A stretch of 64,000 nucleotides of DNA. Source: Squalus acanthias (Eukaryota). The notes under the pieces are model-generated. The model had not been told where the DNA came from. It did not search any database and worked only from the letters and a program-made list of their open reading frames with translations. A program made the position numbers and the translations under genes. Location of the stretch: positions 118,484,001-118,548,000 of the forward strand of contig CM059432.1 in assembly GCA_030390025.1 (NCBI GenBank). The letters are read 5' to 3'. Positions 42,845-55,345 of this stretch are shown here, one piece after another; position 1 is the stretch's first letter; every line of letters begins with the position of its first letter.

Positions 42845-44270
42845 AAAGTCTTTGTTTAATTTCTCTGCCATTTCCTTATTCCCCATTATAATTTCTCCTG
42901 TCTCAGCCTGTAAGGACACTCATTTACTTTTGCTAATCTTTTCCTTTTTACATACGTATAGAAGCTTTTACAGTCTGTTTCTATGTCTCTCGCTAGTTTA
43001 CTCTCATATTCTATTTTCCCCTTATCAATTTCTTGGTCCTCCTTTGCTGCATTCTAAAATCCTCCCAATCCTCAGGCTTACTACTCTTTTTGGCAACATT
43101 ATAAGCCTCTTCCTTTGATCTAATACTATCTTTAACTTCTCTTGTTAGCCACGGCTGGACCACTTTTCCTGTGGGGTTTTTGTGCCTTAAAGGAATGTAT
43201 ATTTGTTGTAAATTATGTATGAATTCTTTAAATGCTAGCCATTGCTCGTCCACTGTCATACATTTTAATGTAGTTTCCCAATCTACCTTAGCCAACTCAC
43301 CCCTCATACGTGTGTAGTTTGCTTTGTTTAGATTTATGACCCTAGTTTCAGATTTAACTAAGTCACTTTCAAACTAATATAAAATTATATCATATTATGG
43401 TCACTCTTCCCTAAAGGCCCCTTTACTACAAGGTTATTAATTAACCCTTTCTTGTTGCACAATACTAGATCTAAAATAGCCTGTTCCCTAGTTGGTTCCT
43501 CAACATACTGATCTAAAAAACTATCTTGCATACATTCCATGAATTCGTCCTCCACACTATTACTGCAAATTTGGTTTGCCCAGTCTATATGTAGATTAAA
43601 GTCCCCCATGATTACTGTATTACCCTTGTTACATGCACCTCTAATTTCCTGATTTATACTCTGCCCTACATTACAACTATTGCTTGGGGGCCTATAAACA
43701 ACTCCCGCCAATGTTTTCTGCCCCTTGCTGTTTCTTAGCTCCACCCAAACTAATTCTACTTCTTAATTTTTTGAGCAAAGATCCTTTCTCTCTACTGTCT
43801 TTATCCCATCCTTTATTATCAGGGCTACCCCTCCTCCTTTTCCACTTTGCCTATCCCTTCTAAAAGTTATGTATTCTGGAATATTTAGTTCCCAACCTTG
43901 GCCACTTTGCATCCATGTCTCCGGTATGGCTATTAGATCAAACCTGTTAATTTCTATCTGCGCTATTAATTCATCTATATTGTTGCGAATGCTTTTCGCA
44001 TTCAGATATAGTGCCTTTAGCTTTGACTTATTTCTCTTTTTCCTGATGTCACCTTAGTCACTGATGCCTTATTACCTTTGTTACTCTCTCTGTCCCTTCC
44101 TGACCCACTATGCTTATTTTTACCCAAAATTCTACTCTGCTCTGGAGCCTTGAGATTTCTCTCGCTGCTTTTAAATTTACTCTTTCTTGAATCATCCCGC
44201 CCTCCTTCATTAGTTTGAAGCCCTGTCTACTGCCCTAGTTATTCGGTTCACCAGGACACTGGTCCCAGCC
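42845..44270 (-). mobile_element. CR1 LINE 5' portion (endonuclease region); same copy as 20731-22548
   Basis: VVYRPP, MGDFNL, ILDLVL and SDHN apurinic-endonuclease motifs. The sequence is contiguous across the Harbinger insertion. Confidence 0.88.
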
Positions 44271-44543
44271 AGATTTTTCTGACACCTCTTATTCTCATTA
44301 ATTTAGTTGGTCTTCTGACTATCTGGCTTAGTGCCTAGAATATATCATGTCTGTCCTTGCAGATTTTTAGTAAAGTTTGATCAAAGGATCTAATCTTCTG
44401 CTGAATATGGCCTCTTAGAACCTGCTTATATTGCAGATTTTTAGTTTTAATATGTGTAAGTGTCATTAATATTGAGAAATGTTTAATAAAGTTATTAGAA
44501 TTATTGGGTTCTTCTCCACCTGGCCTACCTTTGTCTACATTGC

Positions 44544-44870
44544 TTTATTCTGTATCTAACCCATGCTGTACCTGACCTGGGAGTGTTTGATGGGACAGTG
44601 AAGAGGGAGCTTCATTCTGTATCTAATACATGCTGTACTTGACCTGGAAGTGTTTGATGGGACAGTGTAGAGGGTGCATTACTCTGGATCTAACCAGTGC
44701 TGTAACTGCCCTGGGAGTGTTTGATGGGACAGTGAAGAGGGAGCTTCATTCTGTATCTAATACATGCTGTACTTGACCTGGGAGTGTTTGATGGGACAAT
44801 GTAGAGGGAGCTTTACTCTGTATCTAACCAGTGCTGTAACTGCCCTGGGAGTGTTTGATGGGGCAGTGCA
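44544..44870. repeat. 67-bp minisatellite, about 5 copies
   Basis: CTGG(G/A)AGTGTTTGATGGG recurs at 44577, 44644, 44711, 44778 and 44845. Confidence 0.93.
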
Positions 44871-45576
44871 CCCCATTATTGTCCATGATGCCCTATCCAA
44901 TTATTACTCTGAGGGTCCCACCACTTGATGCCCTTGATGATTCCTCCACTTATTGTCTTTGACACCCCTTCCTGTTACAGAGAATAGACTGGTTTTAGAA
45001 CACAGAAAAGGTTAAAATATCCTTTCCTCATCCCAACACCATTACCTCAAACTGCCTCTGGCTGCCAAAGCAGGAGGATGATACAATGCCTGATATAAAG
45101 AGAGGGAGACTTTGGGGTGTATAAAAAAAGTGAGCATGAGAGACATTGAATAGTGGGACCTCACATTTGAAGAATGGGATTCATAGGGTGTAATGTTGGG
45201 AGGCTGTGCCTCCTGCCTGGAGTCCCAGTACATGGTAGCAGAGACAGAGACTGGACTGATTGTGCAATCTGCGTTCATGCCCAATGAGACTGAACACCAG
45301 GAGCAGAGCCTAGCCATGTGACCCTGTAACATCTGGAGTGGAAGGGGCTGCTTTGTGCCATAATTACTAGCTGCTGTGGGATTGGCTGCTGGCTCCTTTG
45401 TGATGTCATCTAGAGACAGGTTTTATACCCCTGGTTATGCATCATCAGTGGGAGGAGCTGGAGTGACAGCTGATACTGTAGTGAATTGTTATAAATAGGG
45501 CAAAACAAAGAAAAGAACAATTTAAGATACAAATAACCAAATGTAATTAATTGCAAATATATTGAAATTAAATGTG

Positions 45577-46026
45577 GGGTCAGAATTTGCTGGAGCAGAG
45601 CATCCTTCAGCTTGCCCTGCTAGACTTTTTCCTGCACCCTTCAGTTCAAATCTAGTTTGCCCCATAAGTTGCTGGAAGTGCGAGCTGATAACGGCGCAGC
45701 TAGGGTAACTGGGCATCAGAGACCTTAGTGAACGATGGGACCAACAGTGTGGCCGCAAAATTCGGCACCTTAGATTCACTTTCTGTGTTGGGTCTGATGG
45801 GCAATTAACGTGTAAATGCAGCAACAACCTGAAACCCATGGGGAGGTTAAGGGCAAGATGTTGTTTTCATGAAGCTAACAGTGGACCAGCCCAAATTGTC
45901 CAGCAACTTGTGGCGATTCGCAATTCACTGGGTATCTGTTCCTCACCACAATTTGCTGGCAGATTTGCACATTAATGATGGCATGCATCGTTCACACACC
46001 ATTATGTTTTCAGCAAATTCTGGCCC
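45577..46026. mobile_element. MITE (Harbinger-type TIRs)
   Basis: GGGTCAGAATTTGCTG ... CAGCAAATTCTGGCCC. Confidence 0.75.
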
Positions 46027-46029
46027 ATA

Positions 46030-46318
46030 ACCATCTCCGACCCTAAAGACCATCAACCAAGATTCAACCGGCCAGGTTGTACTCGGGTGCTCCTCAACCA
46101 CTTTCGAACTGGACTGGGGCAGTGCACCTCAAATCCTCACATATGGGGCAACAACAAATGTCCTTGTGGACAAATACAAACCATGTCCCACATTGTTGAG
46201 TCATCCCCACTAACTAAACTATCTGGTTGCCCACGCATTTTGCATACTGGTGTTGACAATGGTCTAAGATGGCTGGTATTAGACATCGAGTCTGCATACT
46301 GTAAACAAATAAATAAAC
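46030..46318 (+). mobile_element. Ingi/Vingi-like LINE 3' fragment
   Basis: LNHFRTG.G.C...WG...CPCG..QTMSHIVE C-terminal motif followed by a (TAAA)n tail. Confidence 0.6.
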
Positions 46319-46920
46319 CTATTTATCTGATTATATAGCTAATGGTTACATAGGTAGAGATATAGATAAATGGATACAAAGGTTTTCCTGAACAATTATT
46401 ACATTAAACAAAGATGCTTGCAAACATCTCACTTTTACATTTTCAGACAAACTCAATTGAGAAGCACTGTACTCATCTTTCTACTGCACAGTTATATATA
46501 AGATAAGCTTCTTGAATTAGAAATTACCCTATTTTAATCATTAGGATTTTCCAGGATTACTTTATAAAATCTTGATTTATGCTTTAATTACATCTTTGCT
46601 GTAGCTATAGTCCATCATAGAGTTAAATTAAAAAACATATATAATGATTTAAATCAGCATATTTTGTGGTTCCAGTGCGACACAACAAATGTTAATCATA
46701 TGCAATATTAATTAAGATATTTCAGTCTCCATATTAATGTAGTCGTTGGGAAAAAGGAAAAATGTTTTATTTATTTTGCCTACTTTCGTTAAACTTCTAG
46801 GGCTGGATTTTCCTTTGAAGTGCTGCTGTTTTCAGTTTTTAGATGCTGAAATGAATAAAATCTAAGGGGAGTGGGGGGTTTACCATTAACTCTCTTGGAT
46901 GTCCACCACTGCATAGAGAA

Positions 46921-47152
46921 CAAAAGCAAAATACTGCGGACGCTGGAAATCCGAAATTAAAACAGAAAATGCTGGAAATACTCAGCAGGTCAGGCAGCAT
47001 CTGTGGAGAGAGAGACAGAGTTAACGTTTCAGGGCGATGACCTTTTGTCAGAACTCTAACGAAAGGTCATCGACCTGAAAAGTTAACTCTGTCTCTCTCT
47101 TCACAGATGTTGTCTGACCTGCTGAGTATTTCTAGCATTTTCTGTTTTTATT
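46921..47152. repeat. Palindromic Penelope-type (inverted pseudo-LTR) repeat; partial copies at 6484-6620, 7790-7918, 8945-8977 and 10410-10477
   Basis: Roughly 95-bp arms (AAAACAGAAAATGCTGGAAATACTCAGCAGGTCAG... / ...CTGACCTGCTGAGTATTTCTAGCATTTTCTGTTTT). Confidence 0.75.
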
Positions 47153-48097
47153 ACTATATACAGAAGGTCACTGATGCTATTTTACAGGTGGGTCTCCCTG
47201 TTCATAGCTTTTCATTGGACCTGCAAAACAAAGACAGAGACCATTATTATTCTATGGACTGGTGGGCTTCTTACAGGCGCAGGGAGCAATTGATGGAGCA
47301 CATTAAGCCTTGAAAGCCAAATACAACAACCCCTTAATTTCATTAATAGAAAGGGTTGCACTTCATCAGCGTCCATGATGAGGCCCACGGGGCTACAAGA
47401 AGTGTGATAAAGCATGCCATCGGCTTTCTGATCTCTCACTTCAGGCACCAGGACAAGTCACCCAGCAAGCGTGTCCAGTATCATAGAAGCTTGCTGCATG
47501 CTGCATAATGCTGCTATGCAGAAAGGATTACTGTTTCATGAAGCTGAAGAGGTTAACAATGAAGAAGAGGAAGATGACCTTCCATCCCACAACAGGAGTA
47601 GATTGCACAGGAGGGAGAAGGCGTAGAACAAGAGATCCTCAGCATGCAGCCAAAGAAAGGAGGCAGCAGCTTACTGCTTTCAATAAAAATAAAATCCTTC
47701 CCTCTTGGCTGGTCACCCCCACAACCGCAAATCTCTCATTCAGGCATGCATTCCTAAATGCAGTATGAAGCAAGTATCTTATTTCAATAATAATCATTTC
47801 AAAGACTTACTATTACTGCTTCTTACCGCCATGTCTACCCTTGGTGCCTAAATTCTTGCTCCTTTCTGCTGCAAACCTCTTACTTCGAGGAGGTGCTCCC
47901 TGTGTGTTACAAGGTCGAGAGCCAGCTGGCTGGGACATTACCCCTGCAGCCTTCAAGAACTGAGATGATCCAGTCTCCGTGAAGTGATACAACTTTCTGT
48001 ATCCTTTCTGTTGCTATGTCAAGAGGTTCTGGGTCTAGATCTGGCAGTGGAAAGGGCCTTAAGGAAGTCGGCTCACCATCTCTCTCATAAGAAACAG

Positions 48098-49168
48098 TGG
48101 GGTAGATTTTGACTTTAGGGATTCTTTTGGCCAAAGCGTGAAAACAGGTGCTAAATGGGTGCTGTGCGAATAAGACTCGCCTGTTTGAAAATCCGGATTT
48201 AGCACACAATTTTGGTCCTAATTGCTGATTACCATAATTTGAACTTGCCTGGAGGTGCTAAACCAGAAACCTGCAGGTTTAGCATTCAAGTGCTGATTAC
48301 ACGCAATTTTGGTGGAGCAGTTTATGTGGGCTCCTCGCACCCACTTCCACTGAAGGTGTGGAGTGTGTTGGTTGGCACACAGCGGCACTGTGCAGGATGG
48401 CTCAGGGACCGAGGGAGAGGGCGCACTGTTTCTCGGCTACGGCACTGGAGGTCCTGGTGGAGGAGGTCCAGAGGAGGAGGGATGTCCTGTACCCACAGGG
48501 GGGGGGGGGTGGGGGAAAGATGCCACCTCGTCCTCCTGTCCCTCTTTCCTGCAGCAGCTGGTGCTGTTCTGCCTGGTCTTATGTCCTTCTCCCATTCCTC
48601 GTCCAGACCAAGGGAACCCCTAGCAAGATGACCATGAACAAGTACTGCCTTTCTCCTGGTGACTCCCATAAGGTGTCCAATAAGGTGGAGTAGCACAGCA
48701 CTCACTCTCTTTAGGTGAAGTCCTCAGAGAATTTCCAGAATAAATGTAGCTTGAGTGTTGGTGAAGTCTTGACAAAGTGTCCCAGAAAGTCTCCCAATGT
48801 GTTTCAGACATCCTCTTCACAGCTCCAGCAACATGAAATGTTGACTATCCCTTTAAGCAGCGCTTGAAATTGACATTAACGCCGTGTTTACTCCCAAACA
48901 GCTGGTTGCTGTTCGGAGAGGGCGTTAGCTGAAGTGCTAACCACCAAAATGCCGTATAGCCTCTTTAATGAGTGCTAGTAGGCATTTTAAGTGGCAATCA
49001 GCTGTTTAACGAGCCTCTGGACAGCCGTTGCTAGCGCTGGCTTCAACTCCTTTATCAAGATTGCGTCTTGCACTAAAAGTGGGCTAAACTGGCATTTCGG
49101 CTGAAGACCCCACCTTGGCCACCTCTGAGGATTGTTAGAGCCTGAACGCGCTGCTGAAAATCATCCCC
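48098..49168. mobile_element. Deleted Harbinger derivative with Myb exon-1 fragment
   Basis: TIR-like GGGGTAGATTTT / AAAATCATCCCC. RERA.CFS..ALEVLVEEV.RRRDVLYP at 48397-48500. Confidence 0.7.
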
Positions 49169-51414
49169 TTTGTGTGTTAGTGTAAAATGGGTGAAAGTGA
49201 ATTGGCAGCTCATTTTATTTCTCTCCTGCTTTTTATTTCCATTGACCTCCATTGATTTTATGCTATTGCATTGTTAAGATCTACTCCTGTGACATTTGTT
49301 ACCACTCCTTGTAGTCCACTAGTGTAATGGTGGGTACAGGCTCAGATGCGCTCCTAGTCAGCACGGGAACAGACCAAATATTTCCAATTACGTCTTGGAA
49401 GTCTTATGAAAGTGTTAATCTTCAAGGCATCTATTGAGGTATTGGTAGTTGCCACTGCAAAAGCTGCCAATGTCCTTCGAAGCTCCTCCCGGCACCATGT
49501 TTAAAGGGAACCTGTATCTGTTAGCATTATATACTTGGGATGGATGCAGACACCTAATTGAAAAGAAGGGTAATTGCTGCTCAGAGTCCTTCATCGTTTC
49601 TTTCCTTACAAAGGAAAAGATTGCATGTGCCCAGTGAAGAAGAAACACCGTTAGTAAATTTGGAGCCCCTCCTGCTGCTGCTCCCAACCTTCCTGAGGCT
49701 GCTCCCTCCTCGTTCTTACATTAATCTGTTGCTCACTCATAAAAAATGTATGCCCCTTTAATCAGCTGTAGCATTTTAAACACTGCAGCAACATTGAATT
49801 TCCCTCCCTCCCATCTGTGGTTAAACCAATGCAATAAACTCACTCCACATAACAAATGAGGGTCACTTCAAGATACATCACTGGTTAGCGGCAGGTGGAA
49901 GTCTCACCTTGGCATTAAGCTGCTGTTCAAATGGAAATGGTTTTATTTTCATGACTGAATAGCTAGTAGCTCCATTTTACACTGACACGCAAAGGGGACG
50001 ATTTTCAGCAGCGCATTCAGGCTCTAACAATCCTCAGAGGTGGCCAAGGATGTGGTCTTCAGCTGAAATGCCAGTTTAGCCCGCTTTTAGTGCAAGACGC
50101 AATCTTGGTAAAGGAGTTGAAGCCAGCGCTAGTAGCTCCAAAGACCAGTTTGGGGGCCAGTTTTCAGCAGATGAATTTTGATGCCAGTTCGAAACTCACC
50201 TGGTCCGGCAACAAGTAAGGCCCAGGGTATTTTAAATCCCGGGCTTCATTTAAATGCCACCGTCCAAATGCTCATCTGTTCCAGGCAGGACGTCGTCAGG
50301 AAGTGGCGCAAATTCGTGCGCCCAAGGCCTACCCATCAAGCAGGTAAGTCTGTGGTGTTATGACTTTCACATCTCCCACATTAGGTGTTAGAGTAGGGTA
50401 CGTAGACCTGAATTCACTTTAACATAAAACCACACAGATACACTAACGCCCAGAGATCTTTTATTTAACCACTAACACACATATAAAATGAGAACCCAAC
50501 TTAGCCTGTCCTGGCATTTTCAAGTGCCCGGTTGGCCAAACCGTCGCTCACTTTGAAGTCTGTTGGAATCTTTAGATGTCTTCTCTTCATTAGACCAGGA
50601 AAAGTCTATCCTGGCCGACTGCAGTAAAAAAACTAGGTGTTGTGTCAGTTCTTATATTGTGTTCAAAACTTCTCTCCTAGCTCTCACATGTACATCTTAA
50701 TGATTGGTTCATTCAAGCATGCCTTTTCTCCTTGTTGTTCATGATTGGTTCAAAGTTTAGTGGGGATACTTCATCATGCATGTCACTTGTTGCAATTTAA
50801 TGAGGGTCTCAACACAGCGCTTGTCGGTTCCACTGGTTGCATCGCAACTCCAGGCTTGTCCCTGGCCACAACGGGTTCTTTTATCCGAGTAACGTCTGTC
50901 AAAAATGTTCCTCCGTATTCCTGGTTCTCAACTTGCATTTTAAAGTGGTATAGCCATCACTAAAAGTTCTCTTTTGTATTAAAGTTCTTGTTGTTGTCAG
51001 GGATGTTTAAAATCGATTTCCCTTCAGTGGGCTCGGCTGCTGCGCCGTCCCGCGGGGATCCCCGCGATCGGGAAGGGAAGGCGAGGTAACGGCAGGGCAG
51101 GCCTCGGCTTTCCTTTTGGCCCAGAGGAGCACCCCTGGTCCTCCTGGACCCACAAGAAAATTTAAATAAACAATAAAACTCACCAGCCCGATCAAGTCCT
51201 GCGCTGGGTTGGCCTGGCAGGAAGCTGACTGCTGTTTGTCACTCAGGCCTTCGAGTAAATATTGCAGACAAGTCCGATGATGTCTGGTATGTATATGCTA
51301 AAAAGGACCCCGGCAGACTTGGTCAGGTGCCCTTGTCTCCTGCTCAGGGGAGCGGGTAAAAATCATGGCTCATCAGCTCCCAGCAGGTAAGTGAGCTAAG
51401 TGATTTTAACTTGC

Positions 51415-51424
51415 CTTGGCTCCA

Positions 51425-51457
<33 letters not shown>

Positions 51458-51852
51458 GTGTGTCAAACCCTAGTCCAGAGAATTGCACACATAATCTAGG
51501 CTGACAGTTCAGTGCAGTACTGAGGGGTGCTGCATTGTCGGCGGTGCCATCTTTCAGATGGGACGTTAAACCAAGGCCCCATCTGCCCTCTCAGGTCTAT
51601 GTAAAAGATCCCTTGGCACTATTCAAAGAAGAACAGGGGTGTTCTCCTGGTGCCCTGGTCAGTATTTAGCCCTCAACCAATGTCACTAAAAACAGATGAT
51701 TTGGTCATTTATCTTGTTGCTGTTTGTGGGATCTTACTGTGTGCAGATTGCCTGCTGTGTTTCCTACATTAAAATAGTGACTACACTTCAAAAGTACTTC
51801 ATTGGCCATAAGGTCTGAAAAGCGCTTTATAAATGCAAGCCTTTCTGTCTTT
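51415..51852 (+). mobile_element. Second copy of the same tRNA-derived SINE
   Basis: Colinear similarity to 18487-18957. Confidence 0.8.
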
Positions 51853-51869
51853 TGCCCACCAGCTCGGTT

Positions 51870-52270
51870 TCATATAGAATCATAGAATAGTACAGCACAG
51901 AAGGAGGCCATTCGACCCATCGAGTCTGTGCCGGCTCTTTCGAAGAGCAATCCAGTTAGTCCCACTCCCCCGCTCTTTCCCCATATCCCTGAAATTTTCT
52001 CCTTCAAGTATTTATCCAATTTCCTTTTAAAGGCTACTATTGAATCTGCATCCACCACTCTATCAGGCAGGGCATTCCAAATCCTAACCACTCGATGCGT
52101 AAAAAAGTTTTTCCTCATGTCGCCTCTGGTTCTTTTGCCAATCACCATAAATCTGTGCCCTCTGGTTATCAACCCTTCAGCCATTGCAAACAGTTTCTCT
52201 TTAATCACTCTATCTAAATCCTTCACAATTTTAAACACCTCTATCAAATCTCCTCCTAGCCTTCTCTGCT
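51870..52270 (-). mobile_element. CR1 3' fragment
   Basis: IEVFKIV...RKNFFTHRVVRIWNALP and an (ATCATAGA)n tail. Confidence 0.88.
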
Positions 52271-53182
52271 TAATGTTTTATTGTCAGGACAGATTCAATT
52301 ATTTCAGCCCCAAAACTTTGATACTGTGAAACAATGATTTTTCTAGTGATTGAGTCATACACACAATTATTTGCATGGTGACTTTCTAGTATTTTGTGTT
52401 ACAAACAAATATGAATTTCACATGAGTATTTATACATTGAGAATCTTCAATTCTTTATCTAGATTATCAGATTTATGGCTGTAGCTAACTGGAATAGTTT
52501 GTATTTAAACAAACAACTAATCAGTTTTACAAAAGCATCACTCCATAATACAGGCTGTTTAGCTATCAATTAGGTTGTAAAAAAAAGCCTACTATAGACT
52601 GGTAATGCAGTTGGCATGCAGTGCTGACTTTGTTCAGGTGCTCTGCACATCTCCACATGGATGAGCTAATACGTGGTGTAATAAGACCACAGAGGACCCT
52701 GCTGCAAGAATAGATCAGTGGCTTCCTTCCCGATTCTGAAGTCTTAAACTTTTGCTTACCTTTATCATCCTGGAAAATCAGAACTTATCAATCTCATCAA
52801 TAAATACACAAACGCGATATGCAGGCTCTGCCTGTCCATATTTGCATGCTATCTGCACACAGAAACATTCATGCAAAATTGAACGAAAAGCGTTTTCTAG
52901 CTCGTTTTGTCAGCAAATATATCAATTAGTTTATATATATCAGGGATTAAATGGGATAGCCCCCGAAAACAGGCACGGGGATCGTGATGCATGGTTAACC
53001 CCTGCCCATTCAGTGTAATGCAGGCAGCACGCCAACTTCGTGCTGTCTGCTCAGTATAATGATTGCTGCATGCAGCTGTTCATTGACTGCACGCATCAGC
53101 AGGGAGCACAATATGGTTACTGCCTAGCACTACTTAAAGGTAGCCTGCACTGCTTAAAGCTAGCCTGCATCTCTTAAAGGAT

Positions 53183-53900
53183 TACATAGGATTAAATAGG
53201 ATATACAGCACAGAAACAGGCCATTCGGCCCAACCAGTCCATGCCAGCGTTTATGCTCCACTAGAGCCTCCTCCTGGCTTTCCTCATCTAAATCTATCAG
53301 CATAACCCTCTATTCCCTTCTCCCTTATATGCTTGTCTAGCCTCCCCTTAAATGCATCTATACTATTCGCTTCAACCACTCCCTGTGGTAGTGAGTTCCA
53401 CATTCTCACCACTTTCTGGGTAAAGAAGTTTCTTCTGAATTCCCTATTGGATTTCTTGGTGACTATCTTATATTGATGGCCTCTAGTTATGCTCTTCCCC
53501 ACAAGTGGAAACATTCTCTCTGTATCCACTATATCAAAATTTTTCATAATTTTAAAGACCTCTATTAGGTCACCTCTCAGTCTTCTTTTTTCAAGAGAAA
53601 AGAGACCCAGCCTGTTCATCATTTCCTGATATGTATACCCTCGCATTTCTGGTATCATCTTTGTAAATATTCTCTGCACCCTCTCCAGTGCCTCTATATT
53701 CTTTTTATAATATGGCGACCAGAACTGCACGCAGTGCTCTAAGTGTGGTCTAACCAAGGTTGAATAAACGTTTAGCATAACTTCCCCACTTTTCAATTCA
53801 ATCCCTCTAGAAATAAACCCATTGCTTGGTCTGCATTTTTTATGGCCTTGCTAACTTGTGGCGCAACTTTTAGTGATTTGTGTATTTGTACTCTGAGATC
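53183..53900 (-). mobile_element. CR1 3' fragment inserted in a Harbinger remnant
   Basis: 170-aa ORF with LVRPHLEHCVQFWSP and RRNFFTQKVV. Confidence 0.9.
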
Positions 53901-55345
53901 CATCCGAGGTGCATTGTGGCTGCTGGAAGTTTGGGGAATAGTGATCATTGGGAATAGCACTATGCAACAATCAACAATGGCTGACCATGGGAGAGAGAGT
54001 GCACCAAGGTTTTCCGACGCTGCACTGGAGGGCTTGGTGGAGGAGCTGGAAAGGAGGAGAGATGTCTTGTATCTGCAGGGGGGCAGGAGGCCCTCCAGAC
54101 ACATGATGAGAAGGCAGTGGGAACAGATAGCCGCAGAGGTCAATGCCAGGAGTTTAACCCCAAGGACCTGGACTCAGTGCCACAAGAAGTTTAATGATCT
54201 CACACGAGTGGTCAAGGTCAGTGAATGCATCTTCAAATGCCACATCCTACCATCTACACCACTAGCCTCACACACTGCTCAATGCACCACACCCCAACAC
54301 TCACCTACCAACAATCTCTATCAATCAGGACTCATACTTCACATTCACATGTTTCACCTCACCCTCACACACTTAGCACTGCTGCAAGCCTCACACCCAC
54401 ATCTCACAGCTTGCACACAATGGCAGCTATTCAACCATGACAACCACATCACACTAACATATTGCATGACATTCACTGACATACTTCCCTCTCTCTTGCA
54501 GGAGAAGTTGTTGCTCACCCGGGGGCAGCAGGAATTAAATGGCGGGGGACAGGGTGCCTGCATGTCCTTAGCCCCATGGAGTAGACGGTGCCATCATTGG
54601 AACGGCCATTGCTGAGGCCGTGGCCAGAGGCAGGGCTGAAACCATTGAAGATGACGGTATTCTCATACCTAATCCTCCTTCTCACATCCCACTTCCCCCT
54701 CATCCCACAATCTCTTCTGACTTACAAGCTGCAGATGGTGTAAGCATGCACATCTTACTTTCCCCTCTCTCCTCATCACAACCTTACCCTTCTCCCAGCC
54801 ATGCGCGATTCCAAGAGGGAGGCCTACTAGTGCACCCCTGTCTGGGAGCAACTGGTTTGTGCAGAAACCGTGAAGTCAGCTAAAAATACTTCAGCACCTG
54901 CCACACCACTCCCTGTAGACTTTTGAAACCTGAAACAACTATGGTAAGTACCTAAAGCGTGGAGAATTGTAGCAACAGCCAAAAGATAGAAACCAACAAC
55001 TAACCAGCAAGTAGCTGAAGATTCCTTTAAATAGCGCTGGTGGGGGGCCCTTTATGCTGGTTAACGCATGTTCAGCTGTGCGAGATTAAGAGAGGGCATA
55101 AACTGGAGCGTGAAGCTCCAAAATGAATGCGCTGGCGTCAAATCAGCATTGCACGCTGATTGACATCATGGTCTGCCTGCTCTGCATATTTCCAGCGGAC
55201 GTTAAGTGCACACGCGCTAACCCCTTTACCAATATGGCATCCAACGCGCTTCGCGTCAGAAGCATGGGCGTGCGCCATGTTGGAACCCTAAGGGGCCTCG
55301 TAGCGGCCAGAAAACGGTAGCTACCGAGCTCAATTTCGCCCCCAT
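53900..55345 (+). mobile_element. Harbinger derivative with Myb/SANT exon (53977-54216)
   Basis: MADHGRESAPRFSDAALEGLVEE...RTWTQCHKKFNDLTRVVK|gtcagt. TIR-like CAATTTCGCCCCC near 55343. Confidence 0.78.

Noticed and set aside
44544..44870. Regularly spaced repeats superficially like a CRISPR array
   Set aside because: The whole unit repeats with no unique spacers, there are no cas genes, and the context is vertebrate.
50356..51005. Possible reverse-orientation solo LTR (starts TGTTATG, reverse AATAAA near 50460)
   Set aside because: I could not identify a matching CA end or a target-site duplication.
52760..52852. 93-nt minus-strand exon-like segment (TGCAG|...AAAG|GTAAGC) translating to ...VCVFIDEIDKF, resembling a Walker B motif
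   Set aside because: All three frames contain a stop and no neighbouring AAA+ exons were found. It may be chance or a non-coding exon.
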